A DNA stretch of 64,000 nt. It comes from Lama glama. Taxonomy: Eukaryota. Each line of letters begins with the position of its first letter. Within the stretch, counting starts at the first letter, position 1. The translations under genes and the position numbers were made by a program. Of this stretch, positions 47,850 to 60,720 are shown in pieces. The stretch spans positions 66,218,001-66,282,000 of the forward strand of contig CM052817.1 in assembly GCA_028534125.1 (NCBI GenBank), written 5' to 3'. A model generated the notes under the pieces. That model was not told where the DNA came from, did no database searches, and saw only the letters and a program-made list of their open reading frames with translations.

Positions 47850-49700
47850 AAGCATAAAAACAAAAATTTTAAATTTGAATTGGAAATATCAATATAAACT
47901 CATGATTTTAAATATGTAAGATTATTCATACACTGAAAGGTCTAGAAAAATGACACCTCAATATCAGTTAGCACTGCAAGTGCCCAGATTTTGATCTCTA
48001 AATGCTGTTCCTTCCTAAAGGAAGTAGAACATTTTGATAATAGACTGATTTCAAGTTTGGACTAGGAAATGTAGACAGGGTATCTTTTGTGCCAGAAAAC
48101 AAGAACACTTACCAAAACCAAAGGATTTCCATCAAAAAGGATGCAGGTGCAAACTTGAAGCATTTCAATTTGAGTAGGACAATAATACTGACAAAACCAC
48201 AGGTATATAGAAATCCATTAGTCCACCAGGCTACTCAGAAAAACAAACATCTGTAAACAATAGCACATAAACAACAAAACTCAAATAAACAAAATTTACT
48301 TTAAAAATCATTATAGATTGCTATTCCATTAATTCTATAGTCAAAAGTAGTGATTAAAGGGAAATGAATAAGCATCAATTCAGCCTTTCTAATAGGAGCT
48401 TTATTTTGGACGCACCAAATAGCCCTAGTTTATGAGAGTAAGCTCTTCTGTACAAAAAATAGTCAGCTAAGAAATGACAGTCAAACAATCACCATTTTAT
48501 AACCCTAATGTTTAACTGATTTAGGCAAGAGTCATCAGTAGATAAAAAGACCGTTAAGTGATGCATTGATGGATAACTGAATAATTTCATGCTTCCAAAG
48601 TTTCAGCCTACATATTTTAGCTGGATGTATGAGGAAAAATAATTTTACAGTGGAAGGATTCATCACCACCTTAACTCTGTGGTCACGTGAGATAAGCTGA
48701 CACTGGGAGTATTGATATGTGATACAAAGTGATGTTCATAGCATAACTTATGAGGTATTTTTGCCAAAATTTTAATCTGAATCAAATTAATCTTTAAATC
48801 TAATTTCCACTTTACAGAAAACAAAACAGTGGGAGAAGTTAAAATGATTCATGATTGAAGCAGTCAAATTTTGAATCTGGGAAATCCTAGTAGAGATAGA
48901 TCAATGAGAAACATGATATGGGGTGGGGGACTTTCTAGATTAAAGGAGGTTGAAGAGACATAACTTGAATTCAGTGTGTGGTTTTTAATCGGATCTTGGT
49001 TGAACAAACCAAGTATAAACACCATTTTAAGACAATTGGGGAAAAACTAATCTTGGCTTGGAATTAGATGTTACATATGAATTATTGATAATTTTGTCAG
49101 GGTATAATAATGTTAATGTGGTTATGGAGAATTTCCTTAATTTTTATGAAGGCATGCTGGAGTATATGGGGTGAAATATCAGGATGTCTGTAAATTTACC
49201 TTAAAATGCTCAAGAAGAAAAAAGCAAGTAAAGCAAATATGGCAAAATAGTAACAGTTGTTAAATTTAGATTATGGCTACAGTGATGATTAATTTTATGT
49301 GTCAACTTGCACAGATACTTGGTCAAACATTATTCTGAATGTTTCAGTGAAGATGTATTTTGGATGAGATTAACATTCAAATCACTGGACTCTGAGAAAA
49401 GCAGATTACCCTCCATATTGTGGGTGGATCTCATCCAGTCAGTTGAAAGTCTTAACAGAACAAAGACTGACCTCCCCTGAACAAGAAGGCAGAACTGTCT
49501 TTTGGCAACCATCTAGGAGAGGGTAAAAAATATGTGAACTCAAAGTGCAACTGGTCCATGAGTCTCCAGTCTTTTGGTGTCCCTTATCATATTTTGGACT
49601 CACTTTTTCTCTGGAGAACCATGACTAATACAGGGTTATAGGTCATCATTTTACTGTTTCTAAATTTGTATGTATGTTTGAACATTTTAATAATAAAATG
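47850..49700 (+). mobile_element. L1MC4-like 3' region, interrupted by MLT2
   Basis: TTGAATTGGAAATATCAATATAAACTCATGA, GTGCCCAGATTTTGATCTCTAAA, and terminal TGTTTGAACATTTTAATAATAAA; boundaries approximate. Confidence 0.6.
49281..49632 (+). mobile_element. MLT2 (ERVL) solo LTR, internally rearranged
   Basis: GTGATGATTAATTTTATGTGTCAACTTG ... AAAGCAGATTACCCTCCATA.TGTGGGTGG ... TTTCTCTGGAGAACC.TGACTAATACA. Confidence 0.85.
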
Positions 49701-50309
49701 TTTTTTTGAATTCAGAGTATTTAGGTATCTGTTATCTTTGTTATTGAATGGCCCATCCCTTTTCCATTGATCAACCGTGCCCGCTTGGTTCATAAACCAA
49801 GTTTATATGTATACATGACTCCCTTTCTTCCTAGGCTCTTTATTCTTCCCTTTGACTTATTATGTGCCCTGTTCCAATACTACGCTGTCTTATGTAACAA
49901 TTTGGAAACAGGTCCTGATATCTGGAAAGAGAAGTCTCCTTAGATTATCCTTCCTTTTTTTTTTTTTTTTAAATGACAGTCTTGGTTATTCTGGGATAAT
50001 CCTGGATAATTTTTTACATTAATTTTAATATTTTATTTTGAAGTTTGTCTAGATCCTGTTGAAATTTCAACTATATCTTTAGATCAATTTGAGAAGAATT
50101 AACATCTTTAAGATATAGGCCTTTCTATCCTACTGTATATATGGTGCTGCATTTTTGTAGTGCCTTCTTTAATGTACTTTAATAAAGTTTTATAATTTTT
50201 TCCATGATAAGCTTGAACATATTTTTGATAGGTTTATTTTTGATTACTTTTTGTGTCTTTTTAAATGATATTTTTAGAAAGGATACTTTCTAAATGATTT
50301 TTAAAAATT

Positions 50310-50918
50310 CTTATTTTTTATTGAAGTATATATATATATATAGTCGATTTACATTGTTAGTTTCTTGTGTACAACAAAGCAATGCAATTACACAGATACG
50401 TACATACATATATTTTTCCAGTTCTTTTCCATTGTAGTTCATTACAAGAAATTGAGTATGGTTCCCTGTACTATAAGTAGGTCCTTGTTGTTTATCTGTT
50501 TCATATATAGTAATGTGTATCTATTAATTCCAAACTCCTAACCTAGCCCACCCCTCCCCTTCCCCCTCAGTAACCACAGGTTGTTTTCTGTGTCTGTGAG
50601 TCTATGTCTGGTTCATAAATAAAATTTGTATGTTCTTTTTTTTAGATTCCACACATAAGCAGCATCATATGATATTTGTCTTTCTTTCTCTAACTGACTT
50701 CACTTAGTATGATAATATCTAGGTCCATCCATGTTGCTGCAAATGGTATTATTTCATTCTTTTTATGGCTGAGTAATATTCCATTGTATAAATATACATA
50801 TATGTGTATGTATATACACCACATATTTTCCTGTCAGCGAACATTTAAGTTATTTCCATGTCTTGGCTATTGTAATTAGTGCTGCTGTGAATACTGGGGT
50901 GTATGTGTCTTTTCACAT
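50310..50918 (-). mobile_element. Artiodactyl-type L1 3' end
   Basis: TATTGAAG(TA)8GTCGATTTAC...AGTAGGTCCTTGTTGTTTATC...AGGTCCATCCATGTTGCTGCAAATGG. Confidence 0.85.
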
Positions 50919-51213
50919 TTATATAAAAATGTAGTTGGATTGAGTATATTGGCTTAATGGCTAGGAAACTTAGTAATCCCTCTTTTTCATTGGAACATTT
51001 TCTTGAGTTTCTTTTGGGTTTTTACATTACGGGTTATATCTTCTGAATGACATTTTTCTTTGTAATCTTTATACTTTTTATTTCTTCTTCTGTCTCTATA
51101 TTTCTGGCCAGGACCTCCAGGACAGTCATGAAAAGAACAGTGATATGTGCTTAACATATTCCCAATATTGAAGAAAATTCTTTGTTATTAAAAATTATTA
51201 TTAATTATGATGT

Positions 51214-51296
51214 TTATTGAAGTATATATAGTCGATTTACAATGTTAATTGCATGTGTACAACAGAGCAATTCAGTTACGCAGATATATATATATT
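51214..51296 (-). mobile_element. Short L1 3'-end fragment, probable local copy of 50316-50410
   Basis: TTTATTGAAG(TA)4GTCGATTTACAATGTTA...GTGTACAACAGAGCAATTCAGTTACGCAGATA. Confidence 0.7.
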
Positions 51297-54049
51297 TGGT
51301 AGTTTTATAAATATACTTTCCAAAATAGGAAGCTTTTCTTCCTAATTCTTTGTTTATTCAAAGTTTCTGTCATGAATATATGTTGAATTTCACCCAACAC
51401 TTTTTTCCTGCACTGTTGAGATTGCCAAGTTTTTCTTCTCTGATCTGTTAATGTGTGAATTACATTAATCAATTTTCTAATATCAATCCAGTGTTAAATT
51501 ATTGGGATAAATTTAAGTTGATTGTGATTTATTTTATGTAGAATCTTGGATTTGATTTCAAAAATTTTGGTCAGGATTTTTGTGTCTGAATTCATAAAAA
51601 TCAACTGCCTGTAATTTTTCTTTAGTGTTATTTGCTTTTCAAATTTGGAGTATTAGTAAAGTAGGATGAAGTGTTTCCCCTTTTTCTAGTTTCTGCAAAA
51701 GTTTATACCATTGGGATTATCTTTTTTGGAAATATTTACTATAATTTGTTTTATAAAGTTGGCTAAGCCTGGTGTTTTCTTTGTGAAAACATTTCAATTA
51801 CTCATTCAATTTTTAAATTCTGATTTTCTATTTATTCTTAATCAGGTTACAAATTTGCTTTTATTGGTAGGAGGACTGAAATGTCTTGTCTGAGAACAAA
51901 AATAGGCAAAACTTTAGTCTTAGAATCAGGATATTAACTTCTCGTGATGACGGTAGTGGTTGAAAGGGAATGTGGAGGAGCTTCTCTAGTGTGGGTAATA
52001 GTCTCTTTCTTGGTTTGGGTGCTGGTTACAAAGCTGCTGAGGCAATCTGTGGAAATTCCCTGAATTGTACACTTACAAATTGTGCACTTTTATGTTCATA
52101 TATTATATTTTATTATATGTTTTAAAAATATTTCATTCAACAGTATAGTTAAAGAAAAACAAATAATTACAAAGTGAGAAAGGTTTTAAGATATGCAAGA
52201 ATGATTAAATAATAGTATCTGTTATAACAATAATAATAATATAACAATATAACATAAAATTAATGAGGTTAAATACAAATATATTATTTTAATATATGCC
52301 AAAGGCATTAGATAAAATTCAGGCGACTCCTAATAAGTTCAAAAAAGCAGACTATTTCTTTAGATAAAGACAAAATCCATAAGAAAGATTTATTTGACTA
52401 CATTAAAGTTTAAAATTCTTTTCATAATATATAAATTAAAGGGCAAATGATACATTCTGAAAAATACTTGCTGCTTTAATGTCAGATAGTGGATCAGTAT
52501 CATTATGATAAATAGACCTTTTACAAATCAAAAAGAAAAAATTGGCATGCTTAAGCAATCCACAAGGGAAAAGAATGAATATTTTTTATAGGTTTATTAT
52601 TTATAATTCTTACATTTATATTTTATATATTTTTTTGATAAAAGAATTAAAGCTAAAAAGAAAGATCTATTAAAATTTATCATATGTGGGAAATACTGTT
52701 CTTATTTACTGTCTGTGGGCCTCTAAAGTAGCGTAAACTTTTTAGAGGGTAATTCAGCAATGTAAGTACATCAGTTGTTTAAAATGAATTTACTTCTCAT
52801 TTAGCAATTATATGAATAAAGCCTAAGTAAATATAATCATTGAAGTATAGAGAATCTGTCTATTGCTTTGTTATATTATTTTTATAAAAGCAAAAATTTA
52901 GACTCCAACTACATGCCAACATTTAGGATTGATACAGTTATTTAAATAAGAGTCATACCCTAGAAATACAACTAGACGTTAAGATTATGTTATTGATGAA
53001 TACTGAATGAGATGAAATGAAAGAACAGGTTAGCAATTATATTTGTATATGTATACATCTATATGCATACACACATTGCATATGTGTATATATATAGACA
53101 TCTACATCTATACAATATATAGTTATAAATCCATGTAACATATATAGATATATTCTTGTCAAATTTTTAACAGTGGTATCATCTCTGTATGATAGAATTA
53201 TTGGCTATGACTTTTACTCACCTATAATTTCTATATTTTCTAAAATGAATGTATATTTTTGTTTGTAATGAAGGGGAGCAAAGGTATTACATACATAACT
53301 GTAAAAAAATTATTTTCAAATTTGCAGAAAGTAACAAGGAGTGAAACCTATTTCTGAGATTGTTGTATTGGACACATCAGTCCAGGGGCCACCATGTCTA
53401 GCATCCTTCTCTACCTGAAAGTGCAGCTCCGTTTCTCAGTAAAGCAACACTAAGTTTCATGTGCGCATGAATAGGCACTGATTGGACCGGAAATGCACCT
53501 AATCCAAAGGTGCTCACTGCAGGCTGGTGGGAGTCCATAACGTGTCATAGCACAAAGGACTTTCTCTAACATACGTGCTGGAAATTAGCTATCCCAATTA
53601 TTCTGGTTCTCTGTGGAATTTATCTGGAATGTGGTGGGTTAATGACTGTTTATTTTTTCCTTTTTGAGAAGCTAGATCATATACTCAACAGGAAGCAGAG
53701 AGGCTAAGAAATAAAGATTACCTGAGAAGAAGGGAGGAAGGGAAGGAGAAGGGAGAGAGAAGAAGAGTGGGGGAGGCTTAAGTTCATCTCCAGCAATTTC
53801 TTGCCCTGACAGTTTGTCAACCCTAATTTACATATACCCTCAAGGTGACATGTGTGAATCTTCCATCCTTACAGCCAGAAATTGCCAAGTGGTTATGCTC
53901 AGTGATGAGGGGGAAAGCTGATGGTATAGTCCCTCCTTGGGTACTATATTTACTTCATTCTCGCTTAGTCACATATTATTAATTGCTGCCAGAGTGCATA
54001 ATAGCAGAGGAGATTGTCCTTTAGACTTTTTGCTTTGCATTCTCTACTT

Positions 54050-54050
<1 letters not shown>

Positions 54051-54074
<24 letters not shown>
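54051..54074. repeat. (GT)12 microsatellite
   Basis: Directly visible. Confidence 0.95.
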
Positions 54075-54081
<7 letters not shown>

Positions 54082-55004
54082 AGACTAAATATTTCACCAA
54101 AGAAGTTACATTTAGAAAGTGTAGAAAAAAAGAGGAAATTGGGAACTTCTAGCATTTCCTGATTCTATATTTTTTACTCCTCTTCCAAACAAACAAGCCC
54201 CAATTAGAAGCAACTCTGAAAAAATATACACTGAACTCATTAAATATATTGAATATATTGTAAGAAGAGAGGCTTGCTAAATAAAGATGTATTGATGCTG
54301 TCAGAAATGTTCTCTAAAAGGTGGAAACAGGCAAAAGAGTGTGCCGGCTGGCCTTTCTAGAGGTTGGGTTCTCTTACAGCTGGCTCTGTGGGGCTGAGGT
54401 TAACTAGTAGATTTTTGTGTGGTAGAGATGCAAATAATTTCTTTCCTGTGGAAGAGGCAACCCTAGAGGATATGGTTCACTGATCTTAAGACATACACCA
54501 CTTTTATTTCTAACCTAGCTATTTTATCATAACAGTTCTACACTTAATTGCACATATGACTAGCTTCTCAAATGCTCTTTGACCTGGTCACAACATTTTA
54601 CTGGTTCCCTCATTAATTAATGAATTGAATAAAATCCTTGAAGTTCTCATTTCATATTTGGATGAAATTCCTGATTTGACCCTTTTTAAAAATTATTCTT
54701 TCACAACGCTCTTCTCAATCCTTTTTTTTTTCCTTTTGGGAGAATATTCAGTATGGTACAAGCTAACTATTGATGTAATTCCCTGGTGGGAGGTTTAAAG
54801 TGCTGTAAAATGATTTCCCCTTAACGACTGACACAAAATGCTACATGTCCCAGAATTCTTCTTTAATCCCAGGTTTGCACATTTCTTCCTTACTCTCACT
54901 ACTTTTATGTTTAAATAGTATTATTTCATAAAGATTTTTGCTTTTGTTGTATTTTATATGTTATTGTTATACGTATTTTGTAATCTCCATTAGATTTTGT
55001 GGGG

Positions 55005-55123
55005 TTTTTTAAAATTTTTTAAATGTATTTTTATATTTTTTAATGGAGGTACTGGGGATTGAACCCAGGACCTTATGCATGCTAAGCATGCACTCTACCA
55101 CTGGGCTATACCCTCCCCCTGGC
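55005..55123 (-). mobile_element. vic-1-like tRNA-derived SINE
   Basis: GAGGTACTGGGGATTGAACCCAGG...CTCTACCACTGGGCTATACCCTCCCC; 12-bp TSD TTAGATTTTGTG at 54990-55001 and 55124-55135. Confidence 0.9.
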
Positions 55124-55871
55124 TTAGATTTTGTGTGGCATAGAGCAACCAGTTCTTTTCACAGGTCTTTAAAACAGTCAGTATTAAATAAATGCTTATT
55201 AATACAAACATTAAAGAGCCAATATCTCCTTGATGATTACTCCTGCAAAATGTCTTTTAAAAATTCAGTATAATCTACAGGTCACTCTCTATCATCTAAT
55301 TTTAGTCACTGGTAGTAATGAGTAATTTCACTGAGTTTTTCTCATTTTTTTATTTAGAATTCCCAGATGATAAATGACATGATAGATAAGGTCAATTTTA
55401 ATATACTCTTTTATTCCTTTGTCCTGTCAACAGATATTTGTTAAGAACTTCCTCTCTGCTATGCACAGTTCTTGGAGTTGAATATATAGATAAATTCAGG
55501 AAATCAAGTAATAATTAGAAAGGGTCATTTGCTAAATGTAGATCTGAAGCAATGGGAGTTCCCTGCTAAATTTCCCATTTCTTTTCTAAGGTTATCTTTG
55601 TCTGAGAATAAGGACTAAGAGTTTAGAATAAAAACATCTTCCTCCTTGAAGACTTCTCTTGAAAAACTAACAAATTCTTTAAAATTCTTCTATGTCATAG
55701 TTTCTATGATGATTTATGCCTTATGATTTTCTACCCCCACTCTGACTTAATCAGTTTCACAATTCCTCTACCAGGTAAATAATTTTGGTTAATTTTCATT
55801 GCCATTTCTCAAAGGACCTGCTTCTTCTAGTACTAATCTTTGCTTTTCCTAAATTAATTCAATTCTTTATT

Positions 55872-56002
55872 CTATTATATATTCAATATCTTGTAATAAC
55901 CTGTAATGGAAAGGAATCTGAAAAAGAATGTATATAACTAAGTCACTTTGCTATACACTGAAACTAACACAACATTGTAAATCAACTATACTTCAGTAAA
56001 AA
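55872..56002 (+). mobile_element. Artiodactyl-type L1 3' end
   Basis: ATATTCAATATCTTGTAATAACC...AACACAACATTGTAAATCAACTATACTTCAGTAAAAA. Confidence 0.8.
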
Positions 56003-56219
56003 CGTAGAAAAAAAATCAACCAAAAATTTTAAAAAAGCTATTTATACTAACTTAAAAAAAAGACAGCGAAGGTTAAATCCAAAAGAAACCTGGGGATGAG
56101 GACTTGAGGGGAAATATTTCACTTCACATTGTTCTTTTGCTGGAGGCTATGGAATTGGTCATTCACCATAGATGAAACGCAGTGTGAAAAAGAATGCAAA
56201 TAAAAAGGAAAATAAAATC

Positions 56220-56450
56220 ATCCGACATGATGGCTGACACACTGATGACTCTTTTCAATCTGCACACTGACAAAGGGGTATTCATATAAATTGACACGGC
56301 ACGATGAGTCACAAACCAAAAAAGTGTCAATTAACTTGCGTGAGTTCATACAGCAGATTAAACTGTGCCTACATCCAGCCACTGACTCAAAGATTTCTGG
56401 CAGAACTGTTTTTTGGCAACCATCTAGGAGAGGGTAAAAAATATTTTCAA
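56220..56450. promoter_or_regulatory. Candidate enhancer (AP-1 and TGACA motif cluster)
   Basis: TGAGTCA 56305-56311, TGACTCA 56383-56389, near-match TGACTCT 56246, several TGACA/TGTCA motifs, retained CpGs, no repeat similarity seen; function is inference only. Confidence 0.35.
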
Positions 56451-59400
56451 AATTAAGCAAACATTGTGGGTGCATCCATCTACATGCTGAAAATATTGAA
56501 GTCTGTAGTCATATTTCCATTGGCTTCATGTGATTTCTGGGGCTAACTGGAGGACAGGAGGTAGGGAATATTGCTGGGGTAAAATGGCGGGGACTTTGGA
56601 AATGAAACCCAGAAAGAGAGCACAGAATATCCCTGAGTACTGAGGGATACTTTTAACTACTTTTCTGGTAGTAGTTAATCCTAAAGTCATGTTCTTCATA
56701 CTAAAATCCCAAGGAGTCTAATAAAAATAATACTCACTGATGCACAAGATACAGAGCAGCTGTGGCAAGCACTTCCATATAGCTGATGGGGTATCAGCAT
56801 TCCATACATGAAGTTGTTCGAGCTTTCAAAATATTGTAAGAGTAATTAAAATCTTCTTTTGAAGTCTGAACTTTGAACAAATAGAGTGTCAGTTGTTGTT
56901 TGAGAGAGTGACCATTGTTTCAGGCTGATGTGTAGTGCTGACCAGATAAAAGCACAGAGGATAGTGATGATGAAGGAAGAGATGACAAAATAAGGACTTC
57001 AGCATAAAGGGAGAGTCTATTATCTCATCACATTTAATCCTTAAAATAAATTTTTCAACAGATACTAGGCTCATTTTCCAGATCAGGAAATTGAGGCACA
57101 AAGAGATCTAACTATTTATTCAAAAATTACGGACTAATACCATTTTGTTTTTTCATGACTGAATCCCATTTGGCTCCTCTTGCATCACTTCTTTAGTGGG
57201 GAGGGACCATATTTGCCACGAAAGCTATTCTGTGATGACAGCCATATGTAATACAGGGGCACGTCTGCACATATGTGGATGCATGGCTATGTTGAGGTGT
57301 TCTGTTTGCAAGCGACAGACTGACTCTTAAGTCACTTAAGGGAACCACAGCATGTCTAGGCAGAATGGCAGGGCTTGTTCAGAATGGGTGGGCAAGCTGG
57401 AGAAGCCAGTGGAAGAACTGGGTCTGCTCTGGGGACTTCAGCATCAGAGGCTTGTTTATTTCTCAGTAGACATTCGGTCACTTGGATTTCCATTCAGATT
57501 GTCTCCTTTCCTACTGAGAAATTCTTAATAGCTTCAGCCCTTGTCCGTGAAGGTCAAACAGATTATGTGACATGTGAGAGGTGGTGTTAACAACACTGAT
57601 ATGATAGCTGAGGGGATGACTGTTACTTCTGTATATGACATGTATACATAGGCATATCTGTGGAAGTGTACTTTTATGTTTATATACACAAGTATACGTT
57701 ATATTTGTATTTGGTTCGGGTAAACTATAGCAACTAAAATACAGCAGACAGGTCTGGTTATTCTTGGTTTAAGATTTTTTTTAAATCTGGGATGTATTCC
57801 TTTAAGTATTATTAAGACATGTGAACTAGATGAGCTAAAAATAATATTTGACAATAAAGACTTTTCTGCCCAGGGTGAGCAAATCTAGTCCCTAAAGCAC
57901 AAGCTCGAATCTTAAACCTGAATGAGACCTAATGTTTTCAGGGGATTTATATGTAACACTTAGCTATACAAAGTACTAGGCAGACTGTTAATTTCCTTCA
58001 CATCAATTTATCAGTTTTTCCTCATAAAATGAGCAGAGGAGCTTAATCCAGGAGAAAACACAGGAGCCGTACTAATGCTTCTAATTTAATGAGGCTGGAT
58101 TTTTCAGTAAAAAGGGTTCGGGCATTTCAACAGCACTTGGAGACTTTGCTGTATGTTTCATCCTTCAGATACCTCAGAATTATATCATAGACACAAATTT
58201 GGTTGCTTCCTCAGATATATTACTTAAGTTCCCCTTCTAATCTCTAGGAACAGGTTGTCACATTTTGTAGAAAGGAAGAATGTAGCATAATTGACACTGA
58301 GATCCGTTTGGCTACACACTGGGAGGGACCACGTTTACCAATTTCACCATCTTCTATCATTCTAGTTGCTTCTTCCTGTAGCTTAATTGATAGGTGCAAA
58401 ACCAGAAACATCTGCCCCTGGCACATACAGTGAGTTTTCTTCAAACACAAAATTATTTGAAGACAATTTAAGAAAGGAGTGGAAATGAGTTAGTGTCCAT
58501 TAAATTTTGGGGAGATGTACGGAAGAGATGGAACCCTGCAGAAAGATTGTATTTTTCCTCATGGGCAAGAGCACACAGCTCTGCTCATCTGAGCTGTGAG
58601 AGGAGATATCATTAGTACCTGATTTCTCATCATTTGTATAGATTGTGCTGATTATCAAAACAAGCCTCACAAGGAAGTGAGCAAGAATTATGATGTGTCA
58701 ATTTCATGTTAAGAACCTGAAAACACAGAATTCTGTGCCCCAGAAACGTCCATCCAGTATGCCAAGCAAATGCCTAGAACTTGAAACCTGCAGCCAGAAC
58801 TTCCCTCGATACAGCTCCTGCTGCTTTTTCCTACTTGCGTTTCTGGAAAACTGCAAGAAAGCAAGGTGCCAGTCAGAGTATAACTGCCCTTTGAGATACC
58901 ATGTCCCTTGAGGCTCTGCTTTCTAGGATGTGCTTTTGATGAGAGTACTGCGTTTTCTGAGGACTTCTGAGTTAGTGACTAGTAAAAAATAGGTACTTGT
59001 CAAGGCAAACTTTGGTTGAATAGAGTTGATTTCTGAGAGCTCTGTGTAAGGGAGGAGGTGGCTAACTCCCTTAGCCAAGTTTTACAGTTGTCACATGTGG
59101 GAGTTTCCAGAATCTTAAAAGGCAGTGAAAGCATCCTATATGTAAACTGTGTTTTAAGTAGGTGAAGAGTTACATCATCTATAAAGGGAAAGGGAAGAAA
59201 ATACTCATATTCCTTCTATCTCAGTTGAAATTGCAAAATATCCAGAAGCCCATAAACTTCCCACTTGATACACTCTTGCCAAGAGTGCTGGCCCTGGATT
59301 GCATCTTCCTTCCCCAGACAGTAGCCCCAGGAGGAGAGCTGTTCTTGCAAATGGCCCAGCCTGCTACCCTACCGTGGGGGAGCAGACAGTCTTTCTTATG

Positions 59401-59714
59401 CACAGTCCTTTTGTCCTTCCAGATGGATGTGGTGTATGATCTAAGTCCCAGATATAAAAATAGTGTATTTATGATGGAATTTTATATAATCTGGCTTTTC
59501 ACCTGCCAAAGGGTGGGAGTGCAAACAATTCCATTCTCAGAAGGGGAACATCTCCATGGAAATGGACTCTATCCATTGTCTCCCTGTAGGGTGGCCTGAA
59601 GAATAAAAGGGCATCTCTGAATCCACTATACCATGGTCACTGTAGCACAAGAAGAAGACACGTAAATAAATGCAAAACAAGTGTAGCTGCGGTACAGACT
59701 CCAAGAGCATAAAG

Positions 59715-59920
59715 TAGTTGTTAAGAATTCAAACTTGGGTATCCAGCTAAGTATAGGCTGTCACCTACTAGCTAGCTGTGCAATGCTAGGCAATTAATTT
59801 AGCCTCTCTAAATCTTAGTTTCCCTGTAGGTGCAGGTGATATCATGTGTTACATACGTAGTTGAGAGGATAAATACATAAAACAAATAGTGTTATATCTA
59901 GCAGAAAATCATAATAGTTA
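59715..59920 (+). mobile_element. MIR fragment
   Basis: CACCTACTAGCTAGCTGTG..CTAGGCAATTAATTTAGCCTCTCTAAATCTTAGTTTCC. Confidence 0.6.
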
Positions 59921-60618
59921 GATTATTGTTGTTGCTATCAGCATGACTATATTAAAATTAGGAGATGAAATCTAATGTCCACTCTAAGTCTGTTGGTCAC
60001 CCTTATTATACCTCCACACACGTGGTCTTTGTGTGCATTGTATAACATTCTCTACTCTCTAAGTGATTTGTCTAACCACGATCACTATTGATTGCACTGC
60101 TGTATATGTTGTTATTTGGTTTAACTGAGGATATTGCTAGAGTGTTTTATAAACTAGCTGTGGCTCTTTTAATTTCTGTTCTTAAAAGTTTGGAGGACAC
60201 AAAATCTGTGAAACTTTGACCTGTTGGTTTATTATTATTTATTATTATTAAAATCTTTCAGCTATACATTACATATCATGTTAGCCCTTTGTGAAAACTT
60301 AGCTCATTGAATGTTACAACTTCCTGTGAAATAAAGAGGACAAATTGCCATCTCTGTAGGGAAAACAAGTGTGGAAGCTGTGGGTCAAAATAAGAATTGG
60401 AAACAGAATTAGTAATAGTTCCTGAGGCCCCAGACTAGGTTCAGTTTTCAAGGCAGTAAAACAACAATCACCCAGTTTTTTCTTCCAGGATCTGTTTCTG
60501 CATTCTAACTAGATTCAGTGGAGCAACTTTCACCATTCAGCTTCTCTTTCTCAGATCTTTCCACTAAGTCCCAGGAATCTGATCTTTGTTTCCTCCTTAA
60601 GGTTCTTCAGTTGTTACC

Positions 60619-60720
60619 TTATTTATTTATTTATTTTTAACAGAGGTACTGGGGATTGAACCCAGGACACTGTGCATGCTGAGCATGTGCTCTACCACTG
60701 AGCTATACCCTCCCCCCCAT
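60619..60720 (-). mobile_element. vic-1-like tRNA-derived SINE
   Basis: - strand reads GGGGGAGGGTATAGCTCAGTGGTAGAGC...GGGTTCAATCCCCAGTACCTC plus (TAAA)n; TSD GTTGTTACCTTATT / GTTGTTACTTTATT (13/14). Confidence 0.9.

Larger units (their letters stand above)
49710..51850 (-). mobile_element. Old L1M ORF2 remnant hosting younger insertions
   Basis: AGATCAATTTGAGAAGAATTAACATCTTTA, TGGCCAGGACCTCCAG..CAGT, GTTAATGTG.TGAATTACATTAAT. Confidence 0.6.

Noticed and set aside
59162..59599. 145-aa ORF with an internal splice acceptor
   Set aside because: Non-ATG start, no recognisable homology, weak donor
60640..60716. tRNA gene (also at 8886 and 55045)
   Set aside because: A and B boxes are present, but A-rich tails and TSDs identify these as SINEs
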